Shown piece after piece: positions 24,225 through 39,034 of a DNA stretch of 64,000 nt; positions within the stretch are counted from its first letter, which is position 1; each line of letters opens with the position of its first letter. A program made the translations under genes and the position numbers. Under the pieces are notes generated by a model that saw only the letters and a program-made list of their open reading frames with translations, ran no database searches and was not told the origin of the DNA. This DNA is from Octopus bimaculoides (Eukaryota). The DNA is taken from positions 61,201,280-61,265,279 of the forward strand of contig NC_068981.1 in assembly GCF_001194135.2 (NCBI RefSeq), read 5' to 3'.

Positions 24225-27200
24225 CTATGTAACACATTACAATAACAAGCTAAGCGATTTATTTTTACTTCAGTTTTTTTTTTCTATTAGAATAAAGATG
24301 CAATCATTTTACTGCTCATTGGTTCAATGTAAATATGAATAATTACATGAAACATCGCCGCTAAAACACTTTCAGATACTGACACATATTTCATGGGTGT
24401 GAAAGACATATTTTATTCTACTTTGCTATTTTTTATTGACACGTATGTGCTATATAATAATTGACCCATTACAATCTATCGACAAACCGACAAATGAATC
24501 AATACGCCTCACTTTCAAATTTCCTTAAATTTCAGAATTTCCTAGGATATTTCATTTCTCTAACATAACAGAGGAAAAGACGTTACTCTGCACACATCTC
24601 TAGTACAAAAACATCAAATTTGCAGCACTTCTTCCAGCACGGTGAGGTTTTGCTTAACGATAAGAAAGTGTTTGGTCTATTATCCATAATAAGGAACTTC
24701 AAAAGAAGTTACCATCAAGAATACAACATTTATACTAGCAGGAGGAAGGACGCAATTCATAATGGCTGCTATATCATACTTCCTGGTTTGGAGTTGTGAG
24801 AAAATGAAAACATCTGATAAATGACCCATTATGTCACACTGACCCTCATGACTCATTGACCATTATATTCCATTCCCCATATATTTAAAAGCAGCTTGTA
24901 ATTACTAATGCTTTGTGAGAAACCTCAAACGAAAGTTTATGAAAACTACAAACTCATCAGAGTATTCAATACAGAGATATATACTCTGATAATCAATAAT
25001 TTAAACCTATAGCTTAACAGCCTAACGAAAAATAAAGAAAAGGCACCCTAACATGCGCTAGAAATACAACACATACAGCTCCAATAGACGCTGGTAAGTT
25101 TAGAAAATAAAATAAATAAATTATGTAATGAAACAGTTTATTTTACTGCGTTATTACTAAGAATATTTCAAAATAGTATCACGTTCAGATATAACCAGTC
25201 TTTAATTCGTCTTTCTTTCCTTCTTCAACGAGCTCAAATTTACGATAAAGTGTGAAAAAGATCTGAAACATTTTGAAATAGAAAGGAAAAAAATAAATCA
25301 ATAATAATTCATCTAAATTGAAAATTCATCCGCATATTTTAATATATTTGAAAATACTTAACTGACATGATGGTTATCATACATATACAATTTACTTGTT
25401 TATTTGGCAAAAATTTAAACGTGGCTGATACATTTAATTCAACGCATTACAACACCTCTACCCCTGTTTGTTTAAATTTTGAAACAAACAAGTTTAAACA
25501 ATTCGTAGTATAATATGTATAATCAGCTTGAAGGCATATATGTGAATGAAACATTACTAAATTTCTGACAATTTATTCAGAACAGGTTGTGGAATTAATG
25601 TGTTTGTCATTTCTATTATCGCATCACATGAGTTAACAATATATGTTCTGCTCTGAACATTTAAGCTGCAATAGAAGAGTTCAGAAATTAATTTATCATT
25701 AAGAAATTCGAACGTATGTTTACATACGTACATAGATATTTTATTATGTGAAAGGAATTAAATAAAATTAAAACGTCGTTAGTTTTCGAGCTGTATATTT
25801 TCAGAAAGTGACATGACCTAAAAGCAATGTTTGACAATAAAGCAATTAAACCGCGAAAGAGACTCTTTAGTCACGTTTTATTAAATGGCTGACGTAGTTA
25901 TTAAAAAAAATCACCTGCATACAGTTCACCACACAATCTCAGTTTAAGTTATTTAGTAGACAATAACAACACCGGAATTGCTACAAATTTCTCACGTTTC
26001 TCTTTAAAATTAAATCTAATGAAGCATAATAAATCAAACGAATTTATATCTAATTTCTCATTTTATACATTTTCACACAACCTATAGCACATCTAATATA
26101 TCGTTTCTTAAACAATACGCATTGCGATACTCATATGCCGGAGACAACTTAATAGAAGAGGTGTAGACATTGCTTTTGTTATCACATCCATTCGCGCCTA
26201 TCAACCTATATGATATTCACAGAACTTACCCATCAAAATGCCTATCGAGTGATAACATACCATCATTCTTATATTCATTTGTGGTATTCAGTAAGTTAGC
26301 TGCAGATCATTTGTGAACAGGATTACATACTGCTCCATGCTTATGATTTTACAATGTTAACAATGATTAATAATAAATTTAGTCATGCTAGTAAACTATG
26401 ACATGATAATCCATGAAAGCTAGAACTTTCAAGCCATAAGAGACAGATATTAAAACATAATTAGTACAGTCTGTAAGCCCAAATGTGAGAGTCAGATAGT
26501 TTTATCTTTCACCTAGTAGATATTGCATGCAAAACCCATGTTCAAATTTCTCATTGCTTAAGAATTGTACCTTTCCCATGTTGCCATGTTATGAAATTTT
26601 TCACCTCCTAAAGTTTCTATTGCTCTTATCGAAACGTGACCAATGGAGTGCTACTACTTTCACAACACTTCATTCTTTATAAGAAGAATCATAACATACG
26701 AATACACATATACATTTATACACTACATTTTTCCATTTGGAGAAACAGTGGAAAAGATAGCGTTGCAGATGCAATATTTGCTCTTTGTATCGCTTATGTT
26801 ATCCAATTAAATGGGTTAGCTTTTAGACACTGTTTAGGGAACAAGGCGCATTTTATATGAGAATTGTTTTAGCAGTAATATAGATTTTTTATTGTGATGT
26901 TTCTCATATGATAATAAAGTGCTGCTGAAAATAAATGAAATAAATGCTGCGCGAAAAGTGTGGTTGGACTTTGATTTACACATGCTAGATAAAGCAAAAA
27001 TTAGAATTGTGTTTTATTGGGAGCCGAAATTTCAGAATAGCTAATTGTAAATTTCTACATTACGATCTGTAGACAAATGGAAACACTTTTTTAGTTTTGG
27101 AAATATATTCCGTGGAAATATTAAATATATAAACTGTCTTCGAATGGAGAAGGATAAAAAAAATTGCTTTTGTTAGCCTTGCATTAAGAGATATGAAAAA

Positions 27201-27360
27201 GAAACGAGTTTCCGGCTAAATTTCAAATCAGTAAAGAGAAACGAAAAACCGTGAAAACAACATAAATTTGAACAAACACGTGCGAGTGCGCGCATACACA
27301 CACACACACAAACACAGAAGCCATGATAGATCGTTGACCAAACACCATTCAAATTTTTTT

Positions 27361-27512
27361 CTCCGTGTTTTTCTCCTTGTTTTCTCCGTATTTTTTCTGT
27401 TGAAGAGCGTAGCTCGAAACGTTAAAGACTTTCTGTATTCCCAAGCGTCAAACTAATACATCCTTTTGTTGTTTACACCACCTGTCCTCGTCTGTTGTTT
27501 TTGTTTTCGTAC
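27361..27512 (+). mobile_element. Family H2 repeat, copy 2, hammerhead-like motif at 27392-27428
   Basis: CTGTTGAAGAGCGTAGCTCGAAACGTTAAAGAC; homologous to 385-520. Confidence 0.75.
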
Positions 27513-30379
27513 NNNNNNNNNNNNNNNNNNNNNNNNNNNNNNNNNNNNNNNNNNNNNNNNNNNNNNNNNNNNNNNNNNNNNNNNNNNNNNNNNNNNNNNN
27601 NNNNNNNNNNNNNNNNNNNNNNNNNNNNNNNNNNNNNNNNNNNNNNNNNNNNNNNNNNNNNNNNNNNNNNNNNNNNNNNNNNNNNNNNNNNNNNNNNNNN
27701 NNNNNNNNNNNNNNNNNNNNNNNNNNNNNNNNNNNNNNNNNNNNNNGTGAGAACACTACATAAAATGTGCAATGAAAATGTACTCCTCAGCTGCATAATG
27801 GAATTTCATTTTAGAAATCATTTTGTAGATGTGTGCAAAAAACAAGAGTAAGAGAGAAAAAATACCACCTTTACTGGGTTGCTGTTCAACAGTCTAGTGA
27901 ATCAAACAAGAATTTAATTTCTATATAATCTAATTGGAGGGGTAGTAGTAATTTCAATTTAGAGGAAGGTAGATTAAGTAGTGATGGACAGCAGGTTAGG
28001 GGTAAATCAAGCATGAGGAAAAAAAAGAAAATGGAAAATGGAAGGACAATACCTTAAGGAGTGGTTAGAGAAAATTTAAGGTAAGGGAATTAAGGTCAAG
28101 GTATTAAATAATTATATCTATTCTTCAGTATATTTAGAATAATACAACGAAACGCTAAAGTACTAAATTTAAAACGATATGGAACATTAATAGTTAAATT
28201 AGAATAAGATAAACATTTATAGTTAAAATAAGATATACATTAATGTGGGGTAGTAGAAGAGAGATATTATTTATAAGAAAAACCATAATATTAATGGCCA
28301 AAACCAGAACAAAGAGAAAGGGGGGAGAAGGAGGAGGAATAAAGTTAGAAAAACAGGACTAAATTAAGAGAATTAAAGGTAAGGTTTTCGAAAAAGTAAT
28401 ATGGTAGAAGAGACTCAGAATTACCTAGAGAAATGTAGGAATAAGCTACAATTTCCGCTATAAAATTTGAAACTTGGTTCAGTAGAAAATGTTAAGATTT
28501 CAGGGATATACACGCAACGCTGCATGCATGCTTTCGTAAATACACACACACACACCCACACACGCACACGCAGGAATACACACATACACATACACACAAG
28601 AAACATTTAAAGCGTCCATGAAGGGAAACAAAGGTGAGTGTGACAAATACGTGGCTTTTAGGCGAGAGGGGCTAAGTTGATAAAAATTGATTAGAAGTGG
28701 TATCTATTCTGCTGTTCATCATAAATAAACAGTCACAGCCGGACATACACACATACATACATACATACATACATACATACATACATACATACATACATAC
28801 TTATTGCAGAAAAAATTTATTCGGGTTTGAAGTTTATTATTTTTACCTCACCAGAAAACGGGATTTAGAAGCTGGCATTTTCTGCATGATAGTTGCCTAT
28901 CACAAAATGAAAGTAAAATCATTACTCGAGAAAGAATTTTTATTAACCAAGCGAAAGCAAATCATTACGACGAACAAAGTTGTAGGAACTTCTGAAGTTT
29001 TAAAAAGCTTTTTGTTGCTTTTAAACTTTAATTCAATATTAAGAGTGGCAGAATTTTTATTATTATTTCTTAGGGTAAACTGTCAAGTTTTCTACTTTCA
29101 GAAAGTATGACTGGATTTTTAGGGTAGCAGCATTCAGATTTTTTTTTTTTTTTCATTTTCAAGGAACTTGATAAGAACAGTAACTAGATTGCAGGCTATA
29201 GTTTTCTTTTGCATGAAACTCGACTAACATACTAACTCTGCTCTAACAAGCATATTGGCTATTTTGCATGTTTTTAAATTTTATATTAGCCACGGTTTTA
29301 CTTGTCATATGATCAGATTTTCTTCTTGCTGGTTTATATTTTTAAGTTATTACACATGGAAAAGTACAGAACAAGATTTCCATAATAGAATTTGCCTAAT
29401 TCGTCACATCTAAAGGAAACTAAAACGTACTTAAAATTAAAATTCTACTTTATTTAAAATATTTTAGCTGAGAATTACATTTTTAAGATTAGAATACATT
29501 ATATTAGGAACAATTGGAGATAATTCATTTTCATGGCTTTTGAAATATATAATTAAAATAGACATTTTATTTAGTTGTATCAAGTACAAGCAGTCGAATA
29601 TGAAGTCGAAAATGTATTGCACAAGATTTTTTTCACTTGAATTGAAATCTCATAAAGAAAAAAAAAATTGCCGTAGAATAGTCATAGGTGGTTTCAAATC
29701 AACCATATGCTGAGTCAATTCTTCCTCATTAAAAGAGAAAATAACTCTGACAAATAAATCACAAGTAAAATTTATCCATTATCATAAATACAATAGAATT
29801 AGCCTAATTCGTTATTTTGCTGAATCGTTACTTCACTAAATTCCCCACTTTCAATTTTCTACTAGGGATGACTAATTAAGCGAATTCTACTGTAGTTTTT
29901 AAAATCAATGTTATTTTAATTTCATTTTTAAAATACTGCCGTTTCCAAAAATAAGATTATAGGCTTAAATACAGATTTAAATAATTTTCCTTTCATATTT
30001 ATTTCTGAAAATAATTAAAATTTGTGGGGCTATACAGGAAAAGAGAATCTAAATATAAGCCCTTAGTCTTAAAATCGGGTGGGTTTATTTTTGGAAAAAC
30101 CCAGTAATGTTTTTATAAATTTTGTTTTAATAAAATATAGTACATTTTAAAAATGTTATTCTCGTCTGAATTTTGATTTTAATTACTTTTTATTTTCCTT
30201 CAAAGGTGAGGAATTCGGTAAAGTCTACTGTAGAAATCTTGTTCTCTAGTTTTCCCCGTGTAATACCTTAAGAATATTAACATGCATGCGCCTGCAATTT
30301 TCATTGTAATGCGCGCGCTTGTGTGTATGTAAATGTATGTATATGTGCGTGTGCTATTTTTCTGTTTATTTGTACGTTT

Positions 30380-30480
<101 letters not shown>

Positions 30481-30919
30481 TATGTACATAAAATAAATAC
30501 GTATCTGTATGTATTTTAACACACAAAGACTCATAAACGATCTCTTAATTTTAGATTATTATTTAAAGAGAGATTGAAATCTCTAATGTTTCGGAGATTT
30601 AATAAAGAATGAAAATAAAGAAACAGAGAATTAGATAATTGTGAAAGAGAAATAACCAGTTAAATAATCGGTGGCTCGTTTAGACATACGTAAATATATA
30701 AACAGCTGACAATCTTCCCAATAGTTTTGAATGAAAACTATTGAAAAGTTTGAAAAACGCAACGAAAATTTTAGTAAAATAAAGAAGGAAATGAGTGTGT
30801 TAAATATAAGTTACTAAAAAGAAAATGACCCCCCCCCAGACATAACAGTATATGTATATATATATATATATTCATCCTGCTAGAGCACTGAAATCTGCGA
30901 GTTCTTTTCATTCTCTCAC

Positions 30920-31030
30920 TGTTTATTTCTCCTTATTCTTTTCTAGCGAAGAACGTAGGCGCGAAACCTAAAAGCCATTTTCGTTCCCCCTATCGTCAGA
31001 CAAATACACTTGCTTGTTATACATACACCT
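30920..31030 (+). mobile_element. Family H2-related repeat, diverged copy 3
   Basis: TTTTCTAGCGAAGAACGTAGGCGCGAAACCTAAAAG followed by ACACCTGTCCTC as in copy 2. Confidence 0.55.
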
Positions 31031-33527
31031 GTCCTCTATAAATTTCAGCTATATATGTGTGTGTGTGAGTGTGCGTAAATTGAATGCGGTTGCACGCAAA
31101 TTAAAGTGAAAAGCGAAAATTTCAGTTGTCAGTTATAGTGACTGAGTTTGCGTTGTAATACATTGCTATAAACAAACGTGAAATACCTTTAAAACTAGAA
31201 TAAAGTGACTCACACACAAACACACACACACACAATGTATATATATTCACACATTTGGGTATAAACTCGTTTATATTACGAACTTATGGACACACGCCTT
31301 TATAATTTCTTACGTCAGACAGAACTCTTTTTATCAGACAAAGGAGTGGGCCTAGCCTCGCATCTTATGCTGGCATAGTATCCTATTGAATGTTCACTGC
31401 GATGGAGAGATTTCTTTATACGAAGATATGATTACGTCCAGGGAGACAAATAATGCATGCTACCCGAAGCATTACGTTGAGGTCAAGAAACGCAGTCAGA
31501 ACCATAAAACTTTATTCAGACAATATGAAAAACAATAAACTCATGACACTTTTAACGTCAGCTTTCTATTTATTTTACTGAAATCTGAAAATTGGGATTT
31601 TTAATACGGATTATTAGACACACTACTCTTAAAGTAGCAGGAAGGCACACACTTTAGCGGCAAATAGACAGGTATGAAAGTACCCCTGCCCACCCTGGCT
31701 TACAAGACGACACATGATCTGGGGGATACTATTTTTGCGCGGCAGGAATTAAACTTTTACGTTACTTTTGTATGGCATTGTTGGTTCTGTGGTTACGTTA
31801 TTTTCTCCATTTGAACTCTTTCCTATAGCCTGACATCTCTATTTCATCCCGCAATCCATACAAGCATTTTCTCTATTCTTTCGCTCTTCAATTTGCCTTT
31901 CACTAGATTATGTGTTTCCCTATTTTTGTTTTCCTTCGATAATTTCCTTTTTTATTTACACTTAATCTTTATTTTAGTCTTTCTCTTTCGAAGTGGTGAC
32001 AACTTTAATTCTAGGAGCTGTGAGACTTTTGTCCTAATTTAAGTAATCGACCTTGTAAACTAAAGTTGTACTATTTCAAATACATAATTTATGTAGGTTT
32101 TCCATACGGAATCTTAACTTGCTTCACAGCCTTATCACATTGACCATTCCACGGAGAGCCAAGTGCATCGGATTACTGCAAACCTATACCAATATAGGAA
32201 ATTGAAAGTAATGTGTTCTATTAAGTTTATAGAATCGTAAATTTATTCAAGTCCATATGGATATCGATTACTCCGTTTTAACTTGTGAACCATACCAAAT
32301 TCTCCAAACAAGCGTACATACATACATATATTTGTGTACGCATACACACATACACACATACAACCACATACTTACACACGCATGAGGATACACAAGAACA
32401 CACGAAAGACCACACACTCACGCGCACATACGCATAAGCATACACACACAAAAACACATATATACATATTTTGGTTAGGCATTACGTGACTAATGGCCTG
32501 GTATAGAACGCAATATAAATATGTTTCATAACAAGGCGTTACACAAGTGTAGGGCGAAAATAAGAAGAGGAAATGACACAAGAAAGATAATAGATATGCT
32601 GTGATCGTCATTAGCTTACAGCTGTTTCAGTTATAATATGAAGTGACCTGAATTACATCCAATAGCATTACAGGGAGCCTGGAACATGAGGTGAAATTTA
32701 TGTTGGAAAGAAGAATTGCATCTGTACAAGTTACTCTTTTTCGTATATACATAATATGCATATATACGCATGCACACACACGTTCATATATATATAAGTA
32801 TATCTTTCTTTATACATATACATATATAAATCTATTAAAATGTAATGCTAAGTTGAGGAATATGAGTGTATGGGTATAATAAATAATTTATGAAATATAC
32901 GGTTGTAGAAGTGAAACATACATGCAATTAAAGGTTGTAGGCATGCGTTCAATGTGAATTTATTGACTAGAAAGTGAAAGTAGATGAAAATACAAAATAG
33001 AAAATATACATGTGTGTAAGCTAAACGAACGCTACATGGGGAAATAATTTCAATGCAACATTTTAATATACATTAAATAAAATATATTTAATGAAAGTAG
33101 ATGAGCTTCGTATCAAGAAATGGTCAGGGATTAAAACACTGAAAGTGTGAAATGTAAAGCTTCCAACTATATTTTGCGCATTTATTTATATCTGGAAAGG
33201 TAAAACTTCTGATTTTCCCACTTTTACTTCAATTTCAATAAAACGTCTCTTTTATCAATTTATAAATTCCTTAAATGTGTTATATTTGCCCGTTACTGTT
33301 AAATTTTCTGCACTACATGCACATTCTCATATGCTTTTATAAGGAGGCATTAATAGTCTCCCATAAAATATTTGTTATATTTATATCCTATTCGTTAACA
33401 TGCGCAGGAACACAACACGTACATGTATACGCATGCATATGCCAATTAATGTTTATATACATATATACATACATGCATACATACATACATAATACATACA
33501 TACATACATACATACATACATGCATAC

Positions 33528-33572
<45 letters not shown>

Positions 33573-33769
33573 NNNNNNNNNNNNNNNNNNNNNNNNNNNN
33601 NNNNNNNNNNNNNNNNNNNNNNNNNNNNNNNNNNNNNNNNNNNNNNNNNNNNNNNNNNNNNNNNNNNNNNNNNNNNNNNNNNNNNNNNNNNNNNNNNNNN
33701 CCAAAATGATTCTAAAATTATAAATAATTATAGAATGTTATAATTATAAAACTATAATAATAATATTGT

Positions 33770-34056
33770 GGCAGCACGAGGCCTAGTGGTTAGAGCAGTG
33801 AACTCAGGGTCAAGAGATCGCGAGTTAGAATCTCAGACTGGGCGATGTGTGTGTTTATGAGCGAAATACCTACGAGACTCTGGCATAGGTCAACGGTGGA
33901 CTTCTGCTGTCTCTTTCAGCATAACCTTCCCAAACCCTTTTCTCCTGCTTCTATTAGCTCACTTGTGACGGACCGAGGGAATCTATATACCAATGAAACC
34001 GTGAAACCGGCTCTTATAAGCCCGGCATGGCACGAGAAGGGGCAAACAATAACAAT
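33770..34056 (+). mobile_element. tRNA-derived SINE related to S4 but with a different 3' half
   Basis: CCTAGTGGTTAGAGCAGTGAACTC head and GTGTTTATGAGCGAAA shared with S4; ends GGCAAACAATAACAA. Confidence 0.7.
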
Positions 34057-34254
34057 TATAATTTTACCGATTATGGTATTTATTTAATGTACGCTAGTCA
34101 CTGATATAATCACGTTAATGATTATATCCTCAATTTATAAATATACACACACACACACTTATATATATGTACGCAGATATATATCTCGATTTAAATGAGA
34201 GCTCAAAACAGATCCATTGAAAATACTTCATTATTATAATGAAAATGACCTATC

Positions 34255-34521
34255 ATCATTTCGATGCAATATCCAGATTGATCCATGCATATTATAAAAT
34301 ATGGGATAATGCATCTCCTCAGCGCCTTATCAGTAGGAGACAGACAATAAAAATAGATAACATTCATATACAACATTCACAGTTGACCTATGAAAACATG
34401 CTAAAAATCAAGTTGAAAAGACATGAAATGTTATACAAGAGTACATCATAACGGTGTTGAAACCATGAACATATCAAGCAAATGATTCAAATTTATGATG
34501 CTAGACTATGAAGTTCGGTAA
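34255..34521 (+). repeat. ~265-bp interspersed repeat, also at 54315-54578
   Basis: Colinear high similarity from ATCATTTCGATGCAATATCCAGATTG to CTATGAAGTTCGGTAA. Confidence 0.9.
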
Positions 34522-36374
34522 TTAACCAATCCAGAACGCTTTACATTTCGAAAAGTACCGTTGGAGTTATAAACATAAATACAAAATTCAGACCGCAGAA
34601 AAAAACAGTTAGATATTAAAAAAAATACATTTTTAATACAAGTTCCTGTATCTAATACAAGTATATCTAATAAGTAATTCTTATATATAATATACTCAAT
34701 AAATAACTTAAGTATATATAATGTAAAAAATCCTTATACTAATTTAGTATTTATAAGTAAAAACCCTTATATGGTTATTCAAGCCTGCTAGGTTATAGAG
34801 AATAAAATATCTACATTTGAATACATTCAAATTATAGTTAACAAGTTACAAAAGAATAAAGTTAATTAGCTAAGTGAAAAAGTTAAATATACTGAAGAAA
34901 ATTAGACAGATTTATTGATTACAATATTAGCGTAGATACCGTAAACAAAAAAAAAACGGTCACATCTCAAAAAATCCCCAAATAAAATTATGATTTACAA
35001 ATTTAGTGATTACTATTAAATGAAGTAGCAAACAAGAACACTAAATACTATCACAATATATATTACTTTAATAACCAGACAATACATAAAGCTAGTTGTA
35101 TTATAAGAGAAATATATTATGCATTGATACACTGGCGATAAATACTATTTTCATATTGATAGTCAAGGGGAGGTAAATCTAGCTCTTTCATAAATATGAG
35201 TATATATATAGATTTTAAATTGACTCAGTTTATTTAAAAAAACCAAAGCAAAATATTAAATTGATTATGATTTATCAAAAAACATTTTTATATATAAAAA
35301 AAAACAACTTCAAGAGCAACATAAATGATATGTATTCTAGATATCAAAGGATATTTAAAAAAAAAATAATTGTACCAAATACATGAATTTAAGTTATGCT
35401 CACTAGGTAATCATATGAATTCAAACTAAATTACACATTATAACACAGCAAAATAGTATATGGGAATGTTTATAGAGGCATCTAAACTACTTTGTCTATG
35501 CTATTAAAACTATGACAATATTGTAAGCACTAAGATTATTTTTAAAACAATTTCACTATAATCATGAAGAGACCAATAATGGATTTTTAATCAATATACA
35601 TAAAGGATAATAGGTTTTAAGATGCAAAATATGTTGAATAGACATACACTCAACTAGCACCCAAATAATCTAATCTTAATACAACATTAAAATTAAAAAC
35701 AAAAAATATATATATGTACACACCTGTACACATACACACATATATATATATACATATATGTACACATATATACATACATACACATATATACCTACACATA
35801 ATTACCTGTNNNNNNNNNNNNNNNNNNNNNNNNNNNNNNNNNNNNNNNNNNNNNNNNNNNNNNNNNNNNNNNNNNNNNNNNNNNNNNNNNNNNNNNNNNN
35901 NNNNNNNNNNNNNNNNNNNNNNNNNNNNNNNNNNNNNNNNNNNNNNNNNNNNNNNNNNNNNNNNNNNNNNNNNNNNNNNNNNNNNNNNNNNNNNNNNNNN
36001 NNNNNNNNNNNNNNNNNNNNNNNNNNNNNNNNNNNNNNNNNNNNNNNNNNNNNNNNNNNNNNNNNNNNNNNNNNNNNNNNNNNNNNNNNNNNNNNNNNNN
36101 NNNNNNNNNNNNNNNNNNNNNNNNNNNNNNNNNNNNNNNNNNNNNNNNNNNNNNNNNNNNNNNNNNNNNNNNNNNNNNNNNNNNNNNNNNNNNNNNNNNN
36201 NNNNNNNNNNNNNNNNNNNNNNNNNNNNNNNNNNNNNNNNNNNNNNNNNNNNNNNNNNNNNNATATATATATATATGCATACATACATACATACATACAT
36301 ACACATATATATATATACATATATGTACACATATATACATACATACACATATATACCTACACATAATTACCTGT

Positions 36375-38010
36375 AATTGACCATTCCAGAGAGTACACTT
36401 TTTTCTCGTCTTCCTATTGCCAAATTAAACTACTAAGCGTCGTGCTATTTTGTTTTTTCATATCTCTAAATGTCGAGTAATGATTGGAAATTCTTTTCGA
36501 GATTTCAATTGAAGATGTTCCGATATAATTCCAAATCCTCTTTTTAGTTAAAATATTACACGTATATACAGTATTCTTAATTTTTGCATTTGCACTAAAG
36601 AATCTAATTCTATTAGGATTAACTTCAAATATTACTATTATGTTGTTATTATTAACATTGGTACTATTATTATTATTATCCTTGTTTACTTGAAAATTAT
36701 CTAAAACAGTGTCTCTAGGAGTTTTAAGATTGTAATCTATATTTGTGCTAATAGAATCTTGAATAGAATTAGAGGTTAATAGCTTTAAGTTATGAGTGGC
36801 GATAATTTGGGTTAAATTTGTGGTATTAGAAAAACTAAACCTTACCTTATGCGGGTTAATGACTTTATAGTAATACGAATGTTTAGGAAATTTTTTACTA
36901 ACTACATTCCTGAGTAATGTAACTAAAGCTGATTTAATTTGTTTCCCATATGGAATGACCAACTATAAACTATCCTGTTTATAGACTTTAGTTTACCTTT
37001 GTTAGTGTTAGATACACAACCATGGCATTGTGGTCCACCCTTGATCTTTCTTACTAAGTTAATATTATCATTATTATTATTAATGTTATAATTAACTTCG
37101 CTACAATTAACATCTCCTTTAGAGGAAACAGAATCTGGATTACTGTAATACACCTTATCTTTATACTCTGCTTCAGACAAGCAGAGTTATAAAACATCCT
37201 CAAAAACCAAATTATTTGACGATAGGTCAGATAATCTTAATGATATATTATGAACTAAATTATCTGTTATTACTTTGGGATGATTGCTAAATTTGTTGAT
37301 GTATTTAAGGTTTGTTGAAGATTTATGATATAGCCTATAAGATTTATTGTGCAGATCGAGTGTTACATCTAAAAAAATAGCTAAAGATGTGTTATTCTAC
37401 GAAAAAATCTAGTTAATCTATTTTTCACCCTTTGTACCTACTGCTTCAAGCTATGTCTGAGAAATAGGAGACAATCATCCCTATATAGACCCCCTCTAAT
37501 ATTTGGGAATTGATCAGCCATTTCATTAAGTATGAAGGAACAAACTACATCAGCAATCTGTGCTGAATCAGAACTACCCATAGGTACATCAAATCCATCA
37601 GCGGTATCCTTACGAATACAAATCTTGTTATTAAATTTCATAATGGATCTTCTAGCGGCTAAAACAACATTAATCTCATCGCTAGTAAGCCCTGCTTTAT
37701 TGTGTATGAACCACAATGCCTTATTAAGTACAACAGGATTAATAGAGGGATAAAAATTTGCTATAGCAAATTGTATAAATTTCACATTATCCTTATATTT
37801 GGTACATTTAAACCAATCCACCACTTGCTTAGAATTAGACCACAGTTGAAGTTTTAGTTTACTAACTATTGTAGGGATATACTTATGTAATATATTCTTA
37901 CTAAGTATCCCTATATCTGATTTAGCCGGGCAAATGAGCCTTAAGGAAGGATCAGTCCAAAAATTATTCTTGTGATCTTTCAAGATGAATCGCGGTTCCA
38001 TCGGCACTAG
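36375..38010 (-). mobile_element. Penelope-like retroelement (Naiad-like), 5'-truncated, RT plus GIY-YIG
   Basis: FILKDHKNNF, RLICPAKS, FYPSI, FDVPMGSSD, GLYRDD, IFLDVTLDL, FSNHP, VRFSFS, HNLKLL, YIGTS, NSTTLSSLIW. Confidence 0.92.
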
Positions 38011-38141
38011 AGGAATAATAAAGTATTTTCAATGGATCAGTTTTGAGCTCTCAATTAAATCGATATAAATACAAAAACTCACTTGTGAGTATTTCGCTAC
38101 GTTTGTTAACAGATACAATATTTTTGCCTACTTTTGGCATA

Positions 38142-38180
<39 letters not shown>

Positions 38181-39034
38181 GATAGATAGATAGATAGATA
38201 TACATATTCTTTTATCCTTTTGTTCTTTTTGTTGATTCCGTCACTTGACTTCACCTATACTGCGGTATGGGCATGTTCTAGCACCGCCATGCTATTGCAC
38301 AACCTGTTTAAGAATAATAAATTTGTACTGTACAAAATTAAAGTGTAGTCTTTAGGATGAATGTGAAATTATCTTAATTATAATTCAACATTTAAACAAA
38401 CATTAACTTGATAGTTGTACTTACTNNNNNNNNNNATATACATATACATATATGCATCCACATAAATGAAGAGTGAATGAGATACAGCGAACCATACTTA
38501 TATAAAGATGTTATTCTCAATAGCTTTTTCACCCTTCATGTCCCTACGTCTTGACCAATAGCATTTAAAAGCTCACACAAGCGCACACACACACATGCAC
38601 ACATACACACACATTTCTACTTCTAACCTGGTCTTATTTTATAAAACAAGTTAATAAAGAAAACGTTCGTATTTAGTTATAATTACAAAATTACATCTCT
38701 CAACAGCTAAAAATCAAAATGGAAACTTTTTTCCATTCTTTTTTTTTTTTCATATATTTTACTTCATTCTATCAAACACTTGAACTTATTATATTGAAGT
38801 GGAGCAAAATTGATATGTGCGTCAAAATGAATAATTTCTGATTTCTTTTTATTTTCTATCATTCTCTACCATTGCATCATCTTTGGTAGTAAAATTTGCT
38901 CTGTATAGGTTACGTAGTTGGAAATAAAAATTGGTTCCCAACTCGGTTGAGAATTGTCTTCATAATTTTGTTTTCTGGAGAACATTATTTTTCTTTGTGG
39001 CTGGGTCGTTGATAACCTCTTTCTATAATATTGG

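Noticed and set aside
34700-35620. Very decayed PLE RT
   Set aside because: Only faint motif resemblance in extremely AT-rich DNA.
35741-36373. ~66-bp direct repeat on both sides of a gap
   Set aside because: Most likely an unmerged contig overlap (assembly artefact).
38930-38975. Hammerhead-like fold on the minus strand
   Set aside because: ATGAAGA and GGAA cores are both mutated and there is no NUH site.
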